Virus record (IMG/VR): IMGVR_UViG_3300010352_001897
DNA from: an uncultured virus (IMG/VR IMGVR_UViG_3300010352_001897)
Taxonomy: Duplodnaviria > Heunggongvirae > Uroviricota > Caudoviricetes
Strand: one strand, 5' to 3'
Length of the DNA stretch: 64,000 bases
A program made the position numbers and the translations under genes. Within the stretch, counting starts at the first letter, position 1. Each line of letters starts with the position of its first letter. This document shows positions 7,271 through 16,811 of the stretch, one piece after another. The notes below the pieces were generated by a model. The model worked only from the letters and a program-made list of their open reading frames with translations. It searched no databases and had not been told where the DNA came from.

Positions 7271-7963
7271 TTATTCCTTATTAACATTAGGAGTGTTAGA
7301 AAATTCTCCACTATTCTCAACTGATTTTATTTGTGAACTAGATAATACAGTCCATTCATCCGTACCATAAGATAGTCCACCTGCACCCATGGCGTATACT
7401 CCATCGTACTTATTTTCTTTAATAATATCGTCAATAACTTCACCCATCATACCATAAGCTAATTCTTCTTGTTCTTCATCATATCTTTCATTAAGTTCAG
7501 ATATATTAGTTTCATCAGTCAAATCATAAAGATTAGTTATCTTTAAGTAATATTTCTTTAGTCTACCGAATCTTTTAGCATATTCTTCATTCTTAGTAAA
7601 ATAGAAACCTACTCCTAAATTACCACCATTATATCCTTCAGAGTAATCATTATCTGCGTCGAAATCTTCTCTATCCCAAATATGTTGAAATTCATCAAAA
7701 TCAGTATATGTGCCGTGATAAAATACAACAGGTTGCCCTTTTTCGTCAACTGTAACCGAATTACCGAACCAATTCCAGAAATTAGAGATACCTTCTGGAG
7801 TTTTGGCAATAGGTAGACCTAATGAATTAGTAGTTGGTTTAGAGTTATTATCTACTTCTAGAGTAGGCACAACAGACATATTATTAAAGTTGCCTCTATT
7901 AAACCTAATAATATGTCTATCTTCCAGTTGTTCATAAACATAACCCTTATAGATAACTTTCAT
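7271..7963 (-). CDS. ADP-ribosyltransferase, ART-PolyVal-like, stand-alone
   Basis: FWNWFGNSVTVDEKGQPVVFYHGT, GVGFYFT, YDGV...DEWTVLSSSQIKS signature; ATG 7963 lies 5 nt after TAAATA (7974-7969). Confidence 0.75.
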   Translation of the reverse strand: MKVIYKGYVYEQLEDRHIIRFNRGNFNNMSVVPTLEVDNNSKPTTNSLGLPIAKTPEGISNFWNWFGNSVTVDEKGQPVVFYHGTYTDFDEFQHIWDREDFDADNDYSEGYNGGNLGVGFYFTKNEEYAKRFGRLKKYYLKITNLYDLTDETNISELNERYDEEQEELAYGMMGEVIDDIIKENKYDGVYAMGAGGLSYGTDEWTVLSSSQIKSVENSGEFSNTPNVNKE

Positions 7964-8109
7964 GACTATATTTATTAATGGCCTCATCTATAACTTCGTT
8001 TTTTAAATTTTTAAGTCCTATTACTATTTTAAACAGAGTAGTCAGGTCTTCTCCTCCATAATAACTTGGTAGCATCTGCTTTGTTTCATACAGAAGTGGC
8101 TTTCCTACT

Positions 8110-8452
8110 CTATCAATATTCCTTTTTACCATAAAGAACCTTTTTATTTGTAGGAAAGGTTTTAACTAATAATGATTTCAAATTAATATCCCCCTCCAAT
8201 TTCAGATCTAAGTCTTGTAGTATTGTTACTTTTAACTCCATGACCTGCAATGTAACATATTGAAGTATTTTTTGTTTTTGCGAAAATGCCTAACCAATGT
8301 TCTAGGTCTTTTGCATCATTATAGTTTCGTTACGATACCTCTAATCCCAATTCATGAGTAAGAGCTTCAATGAATGACCTTACTGATGAATTTTTTGCAA
8401 TGTCTGTACTCCAAACTCCTTCTAAAATTATAATGTCAGGATTGGTTTTCAT
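8110..8452 (-). pseudogene. N-terminal half of the split caspase-like (DUF6642-type) peptidase gene
   Basis: MKTNPDIIILEGVWS...SVRSFIEAL...VS*RNYND..DLEHWL...ICYIAGHG...GILI(G); TAA at 8332-8330 and two homopolymer frameshifts; TAAATA 6 nt upstream. Confidence 0.65.
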
Positions 8453-8515
8453 ACATATTATTTAAAGAAAATTTTCTTAAACTTAATATTTAAAAAATCA
8501 AATAAATATAAATTA

Positions 8516-10420
8516 ATGGCTATTTCTAACGAAGAACTATTACGTAGTATCAATTTAATGACTAAGGCGTTGACTGATTTCCAATATCAGTCTAAGTTGA
8601 ATGGTACTAATTTGGTTGATAGTTTAGAACGAACACATAGAATGCTGGCAAGAGCGGCAATTGAAACTGGATTTTCTCCAGAAGCTCTTAATAAATTATT
8701 GCTTAAGTTCGTAAAAAGTAATTCTGCAGTTGGTGATCAGGCAAAGTTAACACAAGTATTGACTGAATTTAATAAGAGAATTCCTGATTATGAGAGACTT
8801 GCTAATATTATGTCAGCAGAGGAATTTAATAAATTCGTCAATAGGGCGTTAGAGAAGATTAAGAATACTCCAATTAAATTAAATACGAAAGAAAATATTT
8901 CTTTTTTAAGTAAGGCAATAGCTAGGGCCAATAGGGAATATGCAACTACTGGGTTTGGCAGAATTGCTAGTGATTTCTATAGAAACGCAACAACTGCTCA
9001 GTTACGCGAATTGAGATTAATGCGACAGTCTATTGAATCTGGAAATAAGATAGGCGATAATAAAGGTGGAATGCTTAGTGGATTGCTCGCAGGTACTGCC
9101 GCACAAATGGGTGACATTATTATGGAAAATGCCGGATTCGGTCAGCTTCCAGGTAAGATGATGGGAGTAATTGATGCCTTTAATAAATTAAGAGAGGCTA
9201 GAAAACTTGATAAAGATCAAGCCGCAAATGAAAGAAATGCGGCTCTTCTTGCTAATAGTAGAAAAACTGAAGCCGCATACGGTGAACAGAAAAGAGTTGT
9301 TACTGAGAGTAAAGACATTCTTGTGGATGTTGGAATGCAAAGAGATGAACTTACTGGAAGTCTCCTTGATGCATTTAAGGATGTTCTATCTAAGACTGAT
9401 TTGAGTGAAAAATTAAAACAGAAATATGAACGAGATCTTATGGCAGGAACTTTGACTGAAAATCAGTTAAAGAAAATTACCGCAAGCTGGAAACGCGCAC
9501 TTGGGGATGATATTACTCCAGAAGATAAAAAAGAAATGACCCAATTTAGGTCCAATATTATGGCGGATATTGCATCATTGAATGAAATGAATAAGTCTAT
9601 TGAAGAGGCTACTCAGATTTATAATGAAGAAGCTAAGAGAGAACTTGATGCATTAGTTACTGCAACTAAGGCTAGGGCTGACGTTGATAATATGATATTC
9701 AGTGAACTTGAGGGTCAGTTTGCTAGAATTGATAAAGAATTAAAGGGAAGTACTTTCAAAAACCTATCAGCAGATGAATTAACAGCACTTAGAGAGCAAT
9801 TACAGGCAGACGTAACTGAGAGTGTAAGTAAGAAATATGGAATAAATGTAAGTGAATCAAAGGGAATGTACAATGATCATACTGAGCGTGTTAATCAGAA
9901 TTTAACTGAATTGGGAATTGAAGCGTCTGATGAATTAAAGGCCGCATTGGATTATAATAAACAGTTCGCTGAAAGATTAGCTGGATTGTCAAGAATATTT
10001 CAAAATACTGAACGCGAACCTAGAGTAAGAATTCCTGAAATTAGAAGTGCAAGTATTTCGACCAGAGTGACACCAAGACCTATATCTTCAACCAGAAATA
10101 CAGTATACACTGAACCTGACCTATTATCCTTTGAGGGAGTTCCTGCGTTGTCGGGTAGCGGACTTTCAGTGCCTTCAGATCGAGTAGCAACACCTCAGCC
10201 AAGTAGATCAAGTGAAGCTGAAATTCAAAATAGACAAGATGCGTTGGAAACAATTAGAACTTCTGAAAGAAGATCTGACGACACCTTTAAATTGCTTGAA
10301 AAAGTGTTTGGTCAAAATGCAGATAAGCCAATTAAGGTTCAAGTAACGAACTGGCCTGCTCCAAGTGTTTCTCAAAACCTAAGCAGTAATGAGTCACCAA
10401 CTGTGCCGTTGATAAGTTAA
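8516..10420 (+). CDS. Probable tape measure / hub protein (gp29-like)
   Basis: 634 aa, predicted alpha-helical and charged; lies between the gp26/gp51-like genes and the gp48/gp53-like genes. Confidence 0.55.
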   Translation: MAISNEELLRSINLMTKALTDFQYQSKLNGTNLVDSLERTHRMLARAAIETGFSPEALNKLLLKFVKSNSAVGDQAKLTQVLTEFNKRIPDYERLANIMSAEEFNKFVNRALEKIKNTPIKLNTKENISFLSKAIARANREYATTGFGRIASDFYRNATTAQLRELRLMRQSIESGNKIGDNKGGMLSGLLAGTAAQMGDIIMENAGFGQLPGKMMGVIDAFNKLREARKLDKDQAANERNAALLANSRKTEAAYGEQKRVVTESKDILVDVGMQRDELTGSLLDAFKDVLSKTDLSEKLKQKYERDLMAGTLTENQLKKITASWKRALGDDITPEDKKEMTQFRSNIMADIASLNEMNKSIEEATQIYNEEAKRELDALVTATKARADVDNMIFSELEGQFARIDKELKGSTFKNLSADELTALREQLQADVTESVSKKYGINVSESKGMYNDHTERVNQNLTELGIEASDELKAALDYNKQFAERLAGLSRIFQNTEREPRVRIPEIRSASISTRVTPRPISSTRNTVYTEPDLLSFEGVPALSGSGLSVPSDRVATPQPSRSSEAEIQNRQDALETIRTSERRSDDTFKLLEKVFGQNADKPIKVQVTNWPAPSVSQNLSSNESPTVPLIS

Positions 10421-10434
10421 AATAAATATATTCA

Positions 10435-11346
10435 ATGTCATTAATAGTTGAAATAACACCTCATCACGTAACTGGAATCCAAAACTCTTTACAAAAGTTG
10501 GCCAATTCAGTTAATAATGTTTTTGGCGGAAACAATACTAAACAAACTATTACTAATACTGCATGTAGAGGTATTTTACAAAATGACATTAACATCACTT
10601 TTACAAATAGCTATAGTCAGACGGCATATCAAGGGATATATGGTGCATTAGAAACAGCTTCAAAAACTCAAGTGTTAGGTGCGACATTCGGTGCAAGCTT
10701 ACAATTAATAAAAGCCACTGCAGACGTATCTCAAACTGCTTTGAATATGGGAGGTGTTAGTTTAATAGGTGCAGGTGCCGCATCGACTAGATTATATCAA
10801 GGATCTACGATGTCAGGGTTTACTACTACAATGAAGTGGTATACTCCTAAAGATGATAGTTATATTAATTCATTAAAAGCTTTGATGATATTAGGATTCC
10901 CATCATTAAGAAATCCCAAGACAAATACTTCAGGTATTCTTGAGGATTTAAGTAAAGATAGTGATCGAAAGGACAATTTATTTGGATCCTTCATTAATAA
11001 AGTTCCACTAGTAGGTCAACTTCCAACTTTAGTCACTGACATATACGATTCATTATCAACACTCGCATCATATAATCCACCAGTGATTAAGGTGACTATT
11101 AAAGATAATAATGGAAAAGTAATCTTTAACTTACTTCCATTAGTAATATCAAATATAACATTAAATTGTTCAAGAGAAACATTTTTATTAGGTAAAGGAG
11201 CCAATGCTCGTAGAATTCCTGTAGTTATTAGTGCTACAGTGTCATATGAATTCTATCAAATATATGGAAACAATGGATATGCTGAAGATGAATTGGTTAT
11301 TGGTGGAGTCTCACTCTTAGGCCCAATGGATCCTAAACATGGATAA
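10435..11346 (+). CDS. Baseplate tail-tube cap (gp48-like)
   Basis: Synteny; RLYQGSTMSGFT, YNPPVIKVTI, VISNITLN, P..ISATVSY pattern. Confidence 0.55.
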   Translation: MSLIVEITPHHVTGIQNSLQKLANSVNNVFGGNNTKQTITNTACRGILQNDINITFTNSYSQTAYQGIYGALETASKTQVLGATFGASLQLIKATADVSQTALNMGGVSLIGAGAASTRLYQGSTMSGFTTTMKWYTPKDDSYINSLKALMILGFPSLRNPKTNTSGILEDLSKDSDRKDNLFGSFINKVPLVGQLPTLVTDIYDSLSTLASYNPPVIKVTIKDNNGKVIFNLLPLVISNITLNCSRETFLLGKGANARRIPVVISATVSYEFYQIYGNNGYAEDELVIGGVSLLGPMDPKHG

Positions 11347-11695
11347 GTCGTATTTAATAGAAACTAAAAATGGACTATATGACCTACTTTCAGATAGTGT
11401 AAAATTTGAATTTAATGAGCCGCCGTTGGCTATTCACGTTGTGAACCAAAGTGGACTTGGTAGGCCAGATTTGCTAGCATATAGTTATTACGGAAACCAT
11501 AATCTGTGGTGGGCTATATTAAAAGCCAATAATATACGCTATCCATTCAGAGCATCTCTAGTACTACGAAAAGCTAAATTTGAAGACCCAAATAAGCATC
11601 TAATTAGTGACATATTTCCAGGCGCATACATTAAGATCCCTACAATTAATGACATCAATAATCACTTAAATATTATAAAAGGCAATAATGTATGA
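11339..11695 (+). CDS. gp53: Baseplate wedge protein (LysM-like)
   Basis: GRPDLLAYSYYGNHNLWWAILKANNI...G..IKIP motif. Confidence 0.85.
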   Translation: MDKSYLIETKNGLYDLLSDSVKFEFNEPPLAIHVVNQSGLGRPDLLAYSYYGNHNLWWAILKANNIRYPFRASLVLRKAKFEDPNKHLISDIFPGAYIKIPTINDINNHLNIIKGNNV

Positions 11696-12963
11696 GATCA
11701 TCATGTGTGGCGGCGATTGGTAACATTGATAATGGTGGGGTTGTTTTCACGAATGACCAAATACTATCATGTACATTTATTGAAAATCTAAGTACGTTAC
11801 CAAATGGAAAAATAAAAATTAAGGTACCTTCATTGGGACTTGACGAACTTATTAATTTACCGTCAGGTGTTTCTATCAAAATTACAATAAGTAATTTTGA
11901 AGATCCTGATTCCATTCCTAAGGAAACTACTGTTACATTAAAAGGCACAGTAGTGAAGCATTATAGTTCAAATGGCGGAAATGGTGTAATTTTTGGCCAG
12001 TTCTCAACATATGTGATTGAATTTATTGTTGCTGGGCCTGACATGTCTCATTTGCAGTTATTGAAAGGCCAAGCATTGCTTACTGATTCATTTGGCGCAA
12101 TTAAAAAGCTTGGCAAGTTGAGTAATGCTACAATATTGTTTGACGATTCGTCAATCAAAACTCAAGATAACATGAAATGGTTAATTGTAAATAGGAACCT
12201 AGTGACTGGTCTTGATTTTATTGCTAGTAGATCTTATATCAATGCTAATGATGCTCTGTTTGTTAGCTATAAGATTGACGGAACTGTCAGGGTTGGTTCT
12301 ATTCAGACCTCATTCAACAAATCAAAAGAAATAGGTTATGTATATGCAAACTCTAGATTTAACATAGTAAATACTCCAACTACAACTAATAAATCTAAGG
12401 GATTGATATATGGCGCATTTTCTATAAGTCATGCCTCGGCAATTAAACAATCTATGGCATCAACAGGTATGACAATGTTATCCTTACCAACCAGCAACTC
12501 AAATAAGACAACTACTCAGCAAAAAGGTATTGCGCCCACTGGAACTAGTGTACCTGGAAATAATAAGATTAACGGAAACACTGTAAATCTAATAGCCAGA
12601 AAAGATGCTTATATTAAAACACATCCGAATACTCACGATTATTATGATATGGCACCTATAATAAGGAATGCAGTATTCTCTAACTATTCGCATCAAGTAG
12701 ATATTCTAGCATCAGGTGAAAGTGTAGTAAATGTTGGAGATGTCATCACTGTCATGATTCCAACTAGTGGAACTGTTGAGAGTGGCAATGATGTCTCGTA
12801 TTCTAAAGTATTATCTGGCAAATACTTCGTACACTCAAAACTATACCATGTCGATGTGGGCGACATCTTCTATGTGAGATTGACCTTAGTTAAGAGTGAT
12901 ATTAATTATGACACTGCAGATTATAAAACATTGTTTGGTATTGATCCTTCGAGGGTGAAATGA
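11692..12963 (+). CDS. Baseplate hub (gp27-like)
   Basis: Between gp53 and gp5; C-terminal VNVGDVITV...LSGKYFVHS...LTLVK hub-like pattern. Confidence 0.65.
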   Translation: MRSSCVAAIGNIDNGGVVFTNDQILSCTFIENLSTLPNGKIKIKVPSLGLDELINLPSGVSIKITISNFEDPDSIPKETTVTLKGTVVKHYSSNGGNGVIFGQFSTYVIEFIVAGPDMSHLQLLKGQALLTDSFGAIKKLGKLSNATILFDDSSIKTQDNMKWLIVNRNLVTGLDFIASRSYINANDALFVSYKIDGTVRVGSIQTSFNKSKEIGYVYANSRFNIVNTPTTTNKSKGLIYGAFSISHASAIKQSMASTGMTMLSLPTSNSNKTTTQQKGIAPTGTSVPGNNKINGNTVNLIARKDAYIKTHPNTHDYYDMAPIIRNAVFSNYSHQVDILASGESVVNVGDVITVMIPTSGTVESGNDVSYSKVLSGKYFVHSKLYHVDVGDIFYVRLTLVKSDINYDTADYKTLFGIDPSRVK

Positions 12964-13604
12964 TAAATGCACAGAAGAACATACAATTAGATAATATTGA
13001 AGATCTTAGGAATGAAATATTCCCTAGGGAACTAATGTATCTAGAAGGAACTTACAGTGCAACTGTTACCAGATGTATTGACAAGGGGCGTCCAGGGTGG
13101 ATTAAGGTTAGTATCTATGGATTGACTGACGATTTACCTTTAAAAGATCAGCCATGGGCAGAACCGCCCCCAATGCAAAATTTCCAAGTACCTGATCCTG
13201 GTGCGAGTGTTCTAGTTACGTTTAGGGATGGAGATATTCATTATCCAATTTGGCACACTGCAAGTTCTCAGAATAATGGTAAATTCTTTCCCACTCATGA
13301 ATATACTGACGACTATCCAAACAACCATGTAATATATAATTCAGCAGATGGCTCAATTATAAAAAATAATAGAAAAACCGGAAATTTTGTAATTGAACAT
13401 TCAAGTGGGACAAAAGTAACAATTGATAAGGATGGATTGATGACTGTCACTAAAGAAGGCATAACTGCCGCCGCATATAAGAAATACAAGGTAGTTACAA
13501 GTGCGGCATTCTGTCCTTTCTTAGCTTCATTAGGAGTAACCCCTCCAATTCATCCAACTGGGATAGATCCTATACTAAGTATTGATGATATTGGGCTTAC
13601 CTAG
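12960..13604 (+). CDS. gp5: Baseplate central spike (gp5 OB-fold, no lysozyme domain)
   Basis: GWIKVSIYGL...PWAEP...VPDPGASVLVTFRDGDIHYPIW; YPNNHV; IEHSSGT. Confidence 0.85.
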   Translation: MINAQKNIQLDNIEDLRNEIFPRELMYLEGTYSATVTRCIDKGRPGWIKVSIYGLTDDLPLKDQPWAEPPPMQNFQVPDPGASVLVTFRDGDIHYPIWHTASSQNNGKFFPTHEYTDDYPNNHVIYNSADGSIIKNNRKTGNFVIEHSSGTKVTIDKDGLMTVTKEGITAAAYKKYKVVTSAAFCPFLASLGVTPPIHPTGIDPILSIDDIGLT

Positions 13605-13637
13605 TTGTTGTCTAAAGATACTTAATAAATATTCTTA

Positions 13638-15029
13638 ATGACGGCTAAAACTACAGTATTTGATTTAGTTTCGCAAGGGGCAACGTGGGTTATTGGCTCT
13701 AGTAATTCTGGTGGTTCAACTGGACTTCCATCTATTATAAAGAAAGTCTCTGATTTTAGTGATTCTCTTACGTTTGAAAAATGTTCACAGTTTGCTAATC
13801 AAGGATTAGATTTTATTGGAATTGGTGAATGTAATCCTAATGTTCAAACTACGTTAGGTAAGTATTTAAAAAATAACAGTGCTACTCGATTCTTAAATAA
13901 ATTTACAGACGCATATGGTAAAATAAAAAACACCATCGATAATACAATTGATGCTGTTAAGGAAAATTTTCAAAAAAGCTATTATTGTACAACATTAGCG
14001 CCAATGTTCAACATTTTGGTTAATCTGTTAGAACAACTAATTGAGAAACCTAAGATGATATTGGCCATGATATATCGATATTTGGAAAAGATATTGGATA
14101 TTATTAAGAATCTAGTGAATAGATTGTTTTCATGTTTTGAGTCTGCAATCAACCGATTTAAGTCATTATTAGATGGAATTAAAGTACCTGATTTTCTTAA
14201 TTTTCTTAAGGGGATAACTATTTGGAGTGAGCGATGTGAAGTTATTGCAGGACCTATAGTGTCTATGTTTAATAATTTAGTGAAAGATGGCACAATAAGG
14301 TCCATGTTAGTAAGTCTAGGGACTATTCAAGATGTGAATCAGGAAATTAGATTTGAGTCGATCCAAGAGGTAAATGCGTTCCTACAGATAAGTCTAAATT
14401 TTGCAGATAAGTTGAATAATGAAAAAGATAAATTGCTCAATAAGGTATATGATAGTTCGTTAGTGAAGAATGCGGTGTATGGGTATCAGATGGTTAAAGC
14501 TTATACTCAATATGGAGTTGCAATTGTGACTCAAAAAATACTATCTCCAATTTTGAAGTTGGCTTCTGCGTATAATAACATGTTACATGCGAGATCTAGA
14601 TACTTAGGTATTGTTGTCAATCATGCAATTGGATGGATATTTCCTCCAAAGGGATATAAACATAATTATGAGGACAACATAATATATAGACCTAAGTATT
14701 CAATAGTGGATGTGTTGATTATATGTGATTCTTTAAATGATTGTAATGATTACCTCTGCGGCGGTATTCAAAATAGAATCAAACAAATGTTTTCTGAGTT
14801 GAAATTAAGTAGAAAATGTTGGTGGTTAAATCCTTTCATTGATGCCAATCAATTTATGGATAAGATGATTAATAACTTAGATGCCGCATATAAGAATGCA
14901 TTTGAACCTTCACAGCCTATTGAAGATAGAATAACTACATATTTCGATGTTGAGTTTATTAAGTCGATCAGATCATTCAGTAATTCACCATATCAAGTCC
15001 AAATGTCCACTCCAGGATTGAGTAACTAA
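13638..15029 (+). CDS. Hypothetical helical, Cys-containing tail/baseplate-associated protein
   Basis: 463-aa ORF with late promoter; position within baseplate cluster. Confidence 0.6.
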   Translation: MTAKTTVFDLVSQGATWVIGSSNSGGSTGLPSIIKKVSDFSDSLTFEKCSQFANQGLDFIGIGECNPNVQTTLGKYLKNNSATRFLNKFTDAYGKIKNTIDNTIDAVKENFQKSYYCTTLAPMFNILVNLLEQLIEKPKMILAMIYRYLEKILDIIKNLVNRLFSCFESAINRFKSLLDGIKVPDFLNFLKGITIWSERCEVIAGPIVSMFNNLVKDGTIRSMLVSLGTIQDVNQEIRFESIQEVNAFLQISLNFADKLNNEKDKLLNKVYDSSLVKNAVYGYQMVKAYTQYGVAIVTQKILSPILKLASAYNNMLHARSRYLGIVVNHAIGWIFPPKGYKHNYEDNIIYRPKYSIVDVLIICDSLNDCNDYLCGGIQNRIKQMFSELKLSRKCWWLNPFIDANQFMDKMINNLDAAYKNAFEPSQPIEDRITTYFDVEFIKSIRSFSNSPYQVQMSTPGLSN

Positions 15030-15030
15030 T

Positions 15031-16800
15031 ATGTCTAGACCTTCAAAATATTTTAACATTGAAGAATTAACACCTCCAGGGTTTCATAGTTGGAATTATC
15101 TGGATCAGCGTTTAGTTGACTTAGTAGATAAACTCCGTGAACTCAATGGAGCACCTGTACGTTGTAATTTTGACGGACATAATCATCGAGGGTACCGCGA
15201 GCCAGCTAGTACTGTAGGATTGCCAAACAGTGCCCATAGGAGAGGCATGGCGGCTGACTTGTTCTTCTACGACACGAACGGTCAACGAATAAACAAGTCC
15301 GGCGATGTGGCTTCTGCAGACGCAATGCGAGCCAGAATTAATCAATGGAAAGCCCAAGGATTGCTTCCTCAGCTAAGTTGGATGGAACCTGGAGTCACTT
15401 GGATCCATGTGCAAGTTTCTGGCTCAAAAACACAAAAAGATTCTGACCCTGATTTATCAATTCAAACACCACAGACGAGCCCAGGTAACCTGGACTTATA
15501 TATTAAGCCAGTTCCTACTTTGGAATCTGATCAGTCTTCCAAGGTAAGTACATTAAAACCTGCCGGAAGGTCAACCTATGGACTGGCCATTGGTAATGAA
15601 ATAATGTTGAGTTCATATGGAAGTGATAAGGGCTCTGTTGAGTTTTTTAGGAAATTATTTACTAAGGCTGGACTTGATAGTAATGAGATATCTAAATTAA
15701 TACCCGCAATTGGAATATCTGAAGGTGCTACCGATGGGTATATTGCAACTACTGATCTTGAGTTGACAAATGAGAAATGTAATAAGCTATTATATGAATT
15801 CATTGATGCTAATAGTGCAAGACTTAAATCAAATTTCGGACTAATTTTAAGTGAACATCCTATAGAAATCAACACTGCATTAGTTTCGTATATTTTTGAT
15901 GTTTCATTTGCTAATGAAAATGTCATAAAGGATATTGCAAATAAAATATCAGAATATCTAGTTAATAAAAAATATGATGACCTAGCTAATTTAATTGAAC
16001 TACAAGGCAAGGGCAAAATATCATCTATTAAGAATAAGAGGATTAATGAGGCTAGATTAATTAGACTTAGAAAATCTGACAGTCCTAATTATTCCAAAGA
16101 TAATAGAAATGAAATAGATCCAGATAGTTTCTTTAATGGTAAACAAGAAAAATTAGACGGAGATGTTGAATCTGCAAGAAACAACATAAGGAATGTTAGA
16201 AATAGTAAAAGTGCTGAAACTAAAGCTAATTCATCCCCAGGCCCCAGGGATGAAACATATCAAGAAATAACAAAAGATGTTTCAGACTCATTTAGTGATT
16301 TAATGTCAAAGCAACAGTTAATCACAGATAGTCATCACAATGAACTAGATAGTGAATACTTAATACGAGTTGATATTAAGAATAGATTTGCAAACCTAAC
16401 TAGAAATTTAAACAAAACATATGCACAGGTAGAAAGTGATCTAGAAAAGGTCAGTAGCACAGACAACAATAGAATATCATATGCGTATTCTTTATTCCCA
16501 TTCGGAAATGGGCTATTTTATGATGTAAAAATGAATGCAGTTAATAGGGCACAATATAGAATTAAAAAGCTAAAGAGTCAGATTGAAAAAGTTGAGGCGG
16601 AAATGCTTGAGTTAGGGGTTACTGACCTCTTAGCTATTTCTACGGGAATTGTTGGAGTTAGTGCAATTGCATTGGCTAGAATAATGACATTAAAGAATGA
16701 ACACGGTGACATTAATAGTAAACTGGCGAACGAAATTGCTAACCTCAATAACCTAATGAAGGATTTAAATCATTACAATAAGAAGAACGTAAACATCTAA
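15031..16800 (+). CDS. Putative virion-associated peptidoglycan hydrolase: peptidase M15 + lysozyme-like domain + coiled coil
   Basis: M15 motifs RGYR...NSAHRRGMAADL...WIHV; central TYGLAIG...ALVSYIF...NKRINEARL resembles GH24. Confidence 0.65.
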   Translation: MSRPSKYFNIEELTPPGFHSWNYLDQRLVDLVDKLRELNGAPVRCNFDGHNHRGYREPASTVGLPNSAHRRGMAADLFFYDTNGQRINKSGDVASADAMRARINQWKAQGLLPQLSWMEPGVTWIHVQVSGSKTQKDSDPDLSIQTPQTSPGNLDLYIKPVPTLESDQSSKVSTLKPAGRSTYGLAIGNEIMLSSYGSDKGSVEFFRKLFTKAGLDSNEISKLIPAIGISEGATDGYIATTDLELTNEKCNKLLYEFIDANSARLKSNFGLILSEHPIEINTALVSYIFDVSFANENVIKDIANKISEYLVNKKYDDLANLIELQGKGKISSIKNKRINEARLIRLRKSDSPNYSKDNRNEIDPDSFFNGKQEKLDGDVESARNNIRNVRNSKSAETKANSSPGPRDETYQEITKDVSDSFSDLMSKQQLITDSHHNELDSEYLIRVDIKNRFANLTRNLNKTYAQVESDLEKVSSTDNNRISYAYSLFPFGNGLFYDVKMNAVNRAQYRIKKLKSQIEKVEAEMLELGVTDLLAISTGIVGVSAIALARIMTLKNEHGDINSKLANEIANLNNLMKDLNHYNKKNVNI

Positions 16801-16811
16801 TAAATATCGAT

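Larger units (their letters stand above)
6152..8109 (-). mobile_element. Non-autonomous cargo segment ending in a tnpB right end/omegaRNA, inserted in the caspase-like gene
   Basis: Removing 6154-8109 rejoins GGA ATA TTG ATA G|GG TCG TGT (GILIGSC); no transposase or recognisable left end. Confidence 0.6.

Noticed and set aside
8112..8116. TTGAT (ISDra2-type TAM) beside the left junction
   Set aside because: Not directly adjacent to the reconstructed target; both empty sites point to a GGG-type TAM and an IS607-like GG end
7947..8132. 61-aa ORF, or a possible IS left end at the cassette boundary
   Set aside because: The ORF straddles the junction and looks like a captured gene tail; no direct-repeat or hairpin left end recognised
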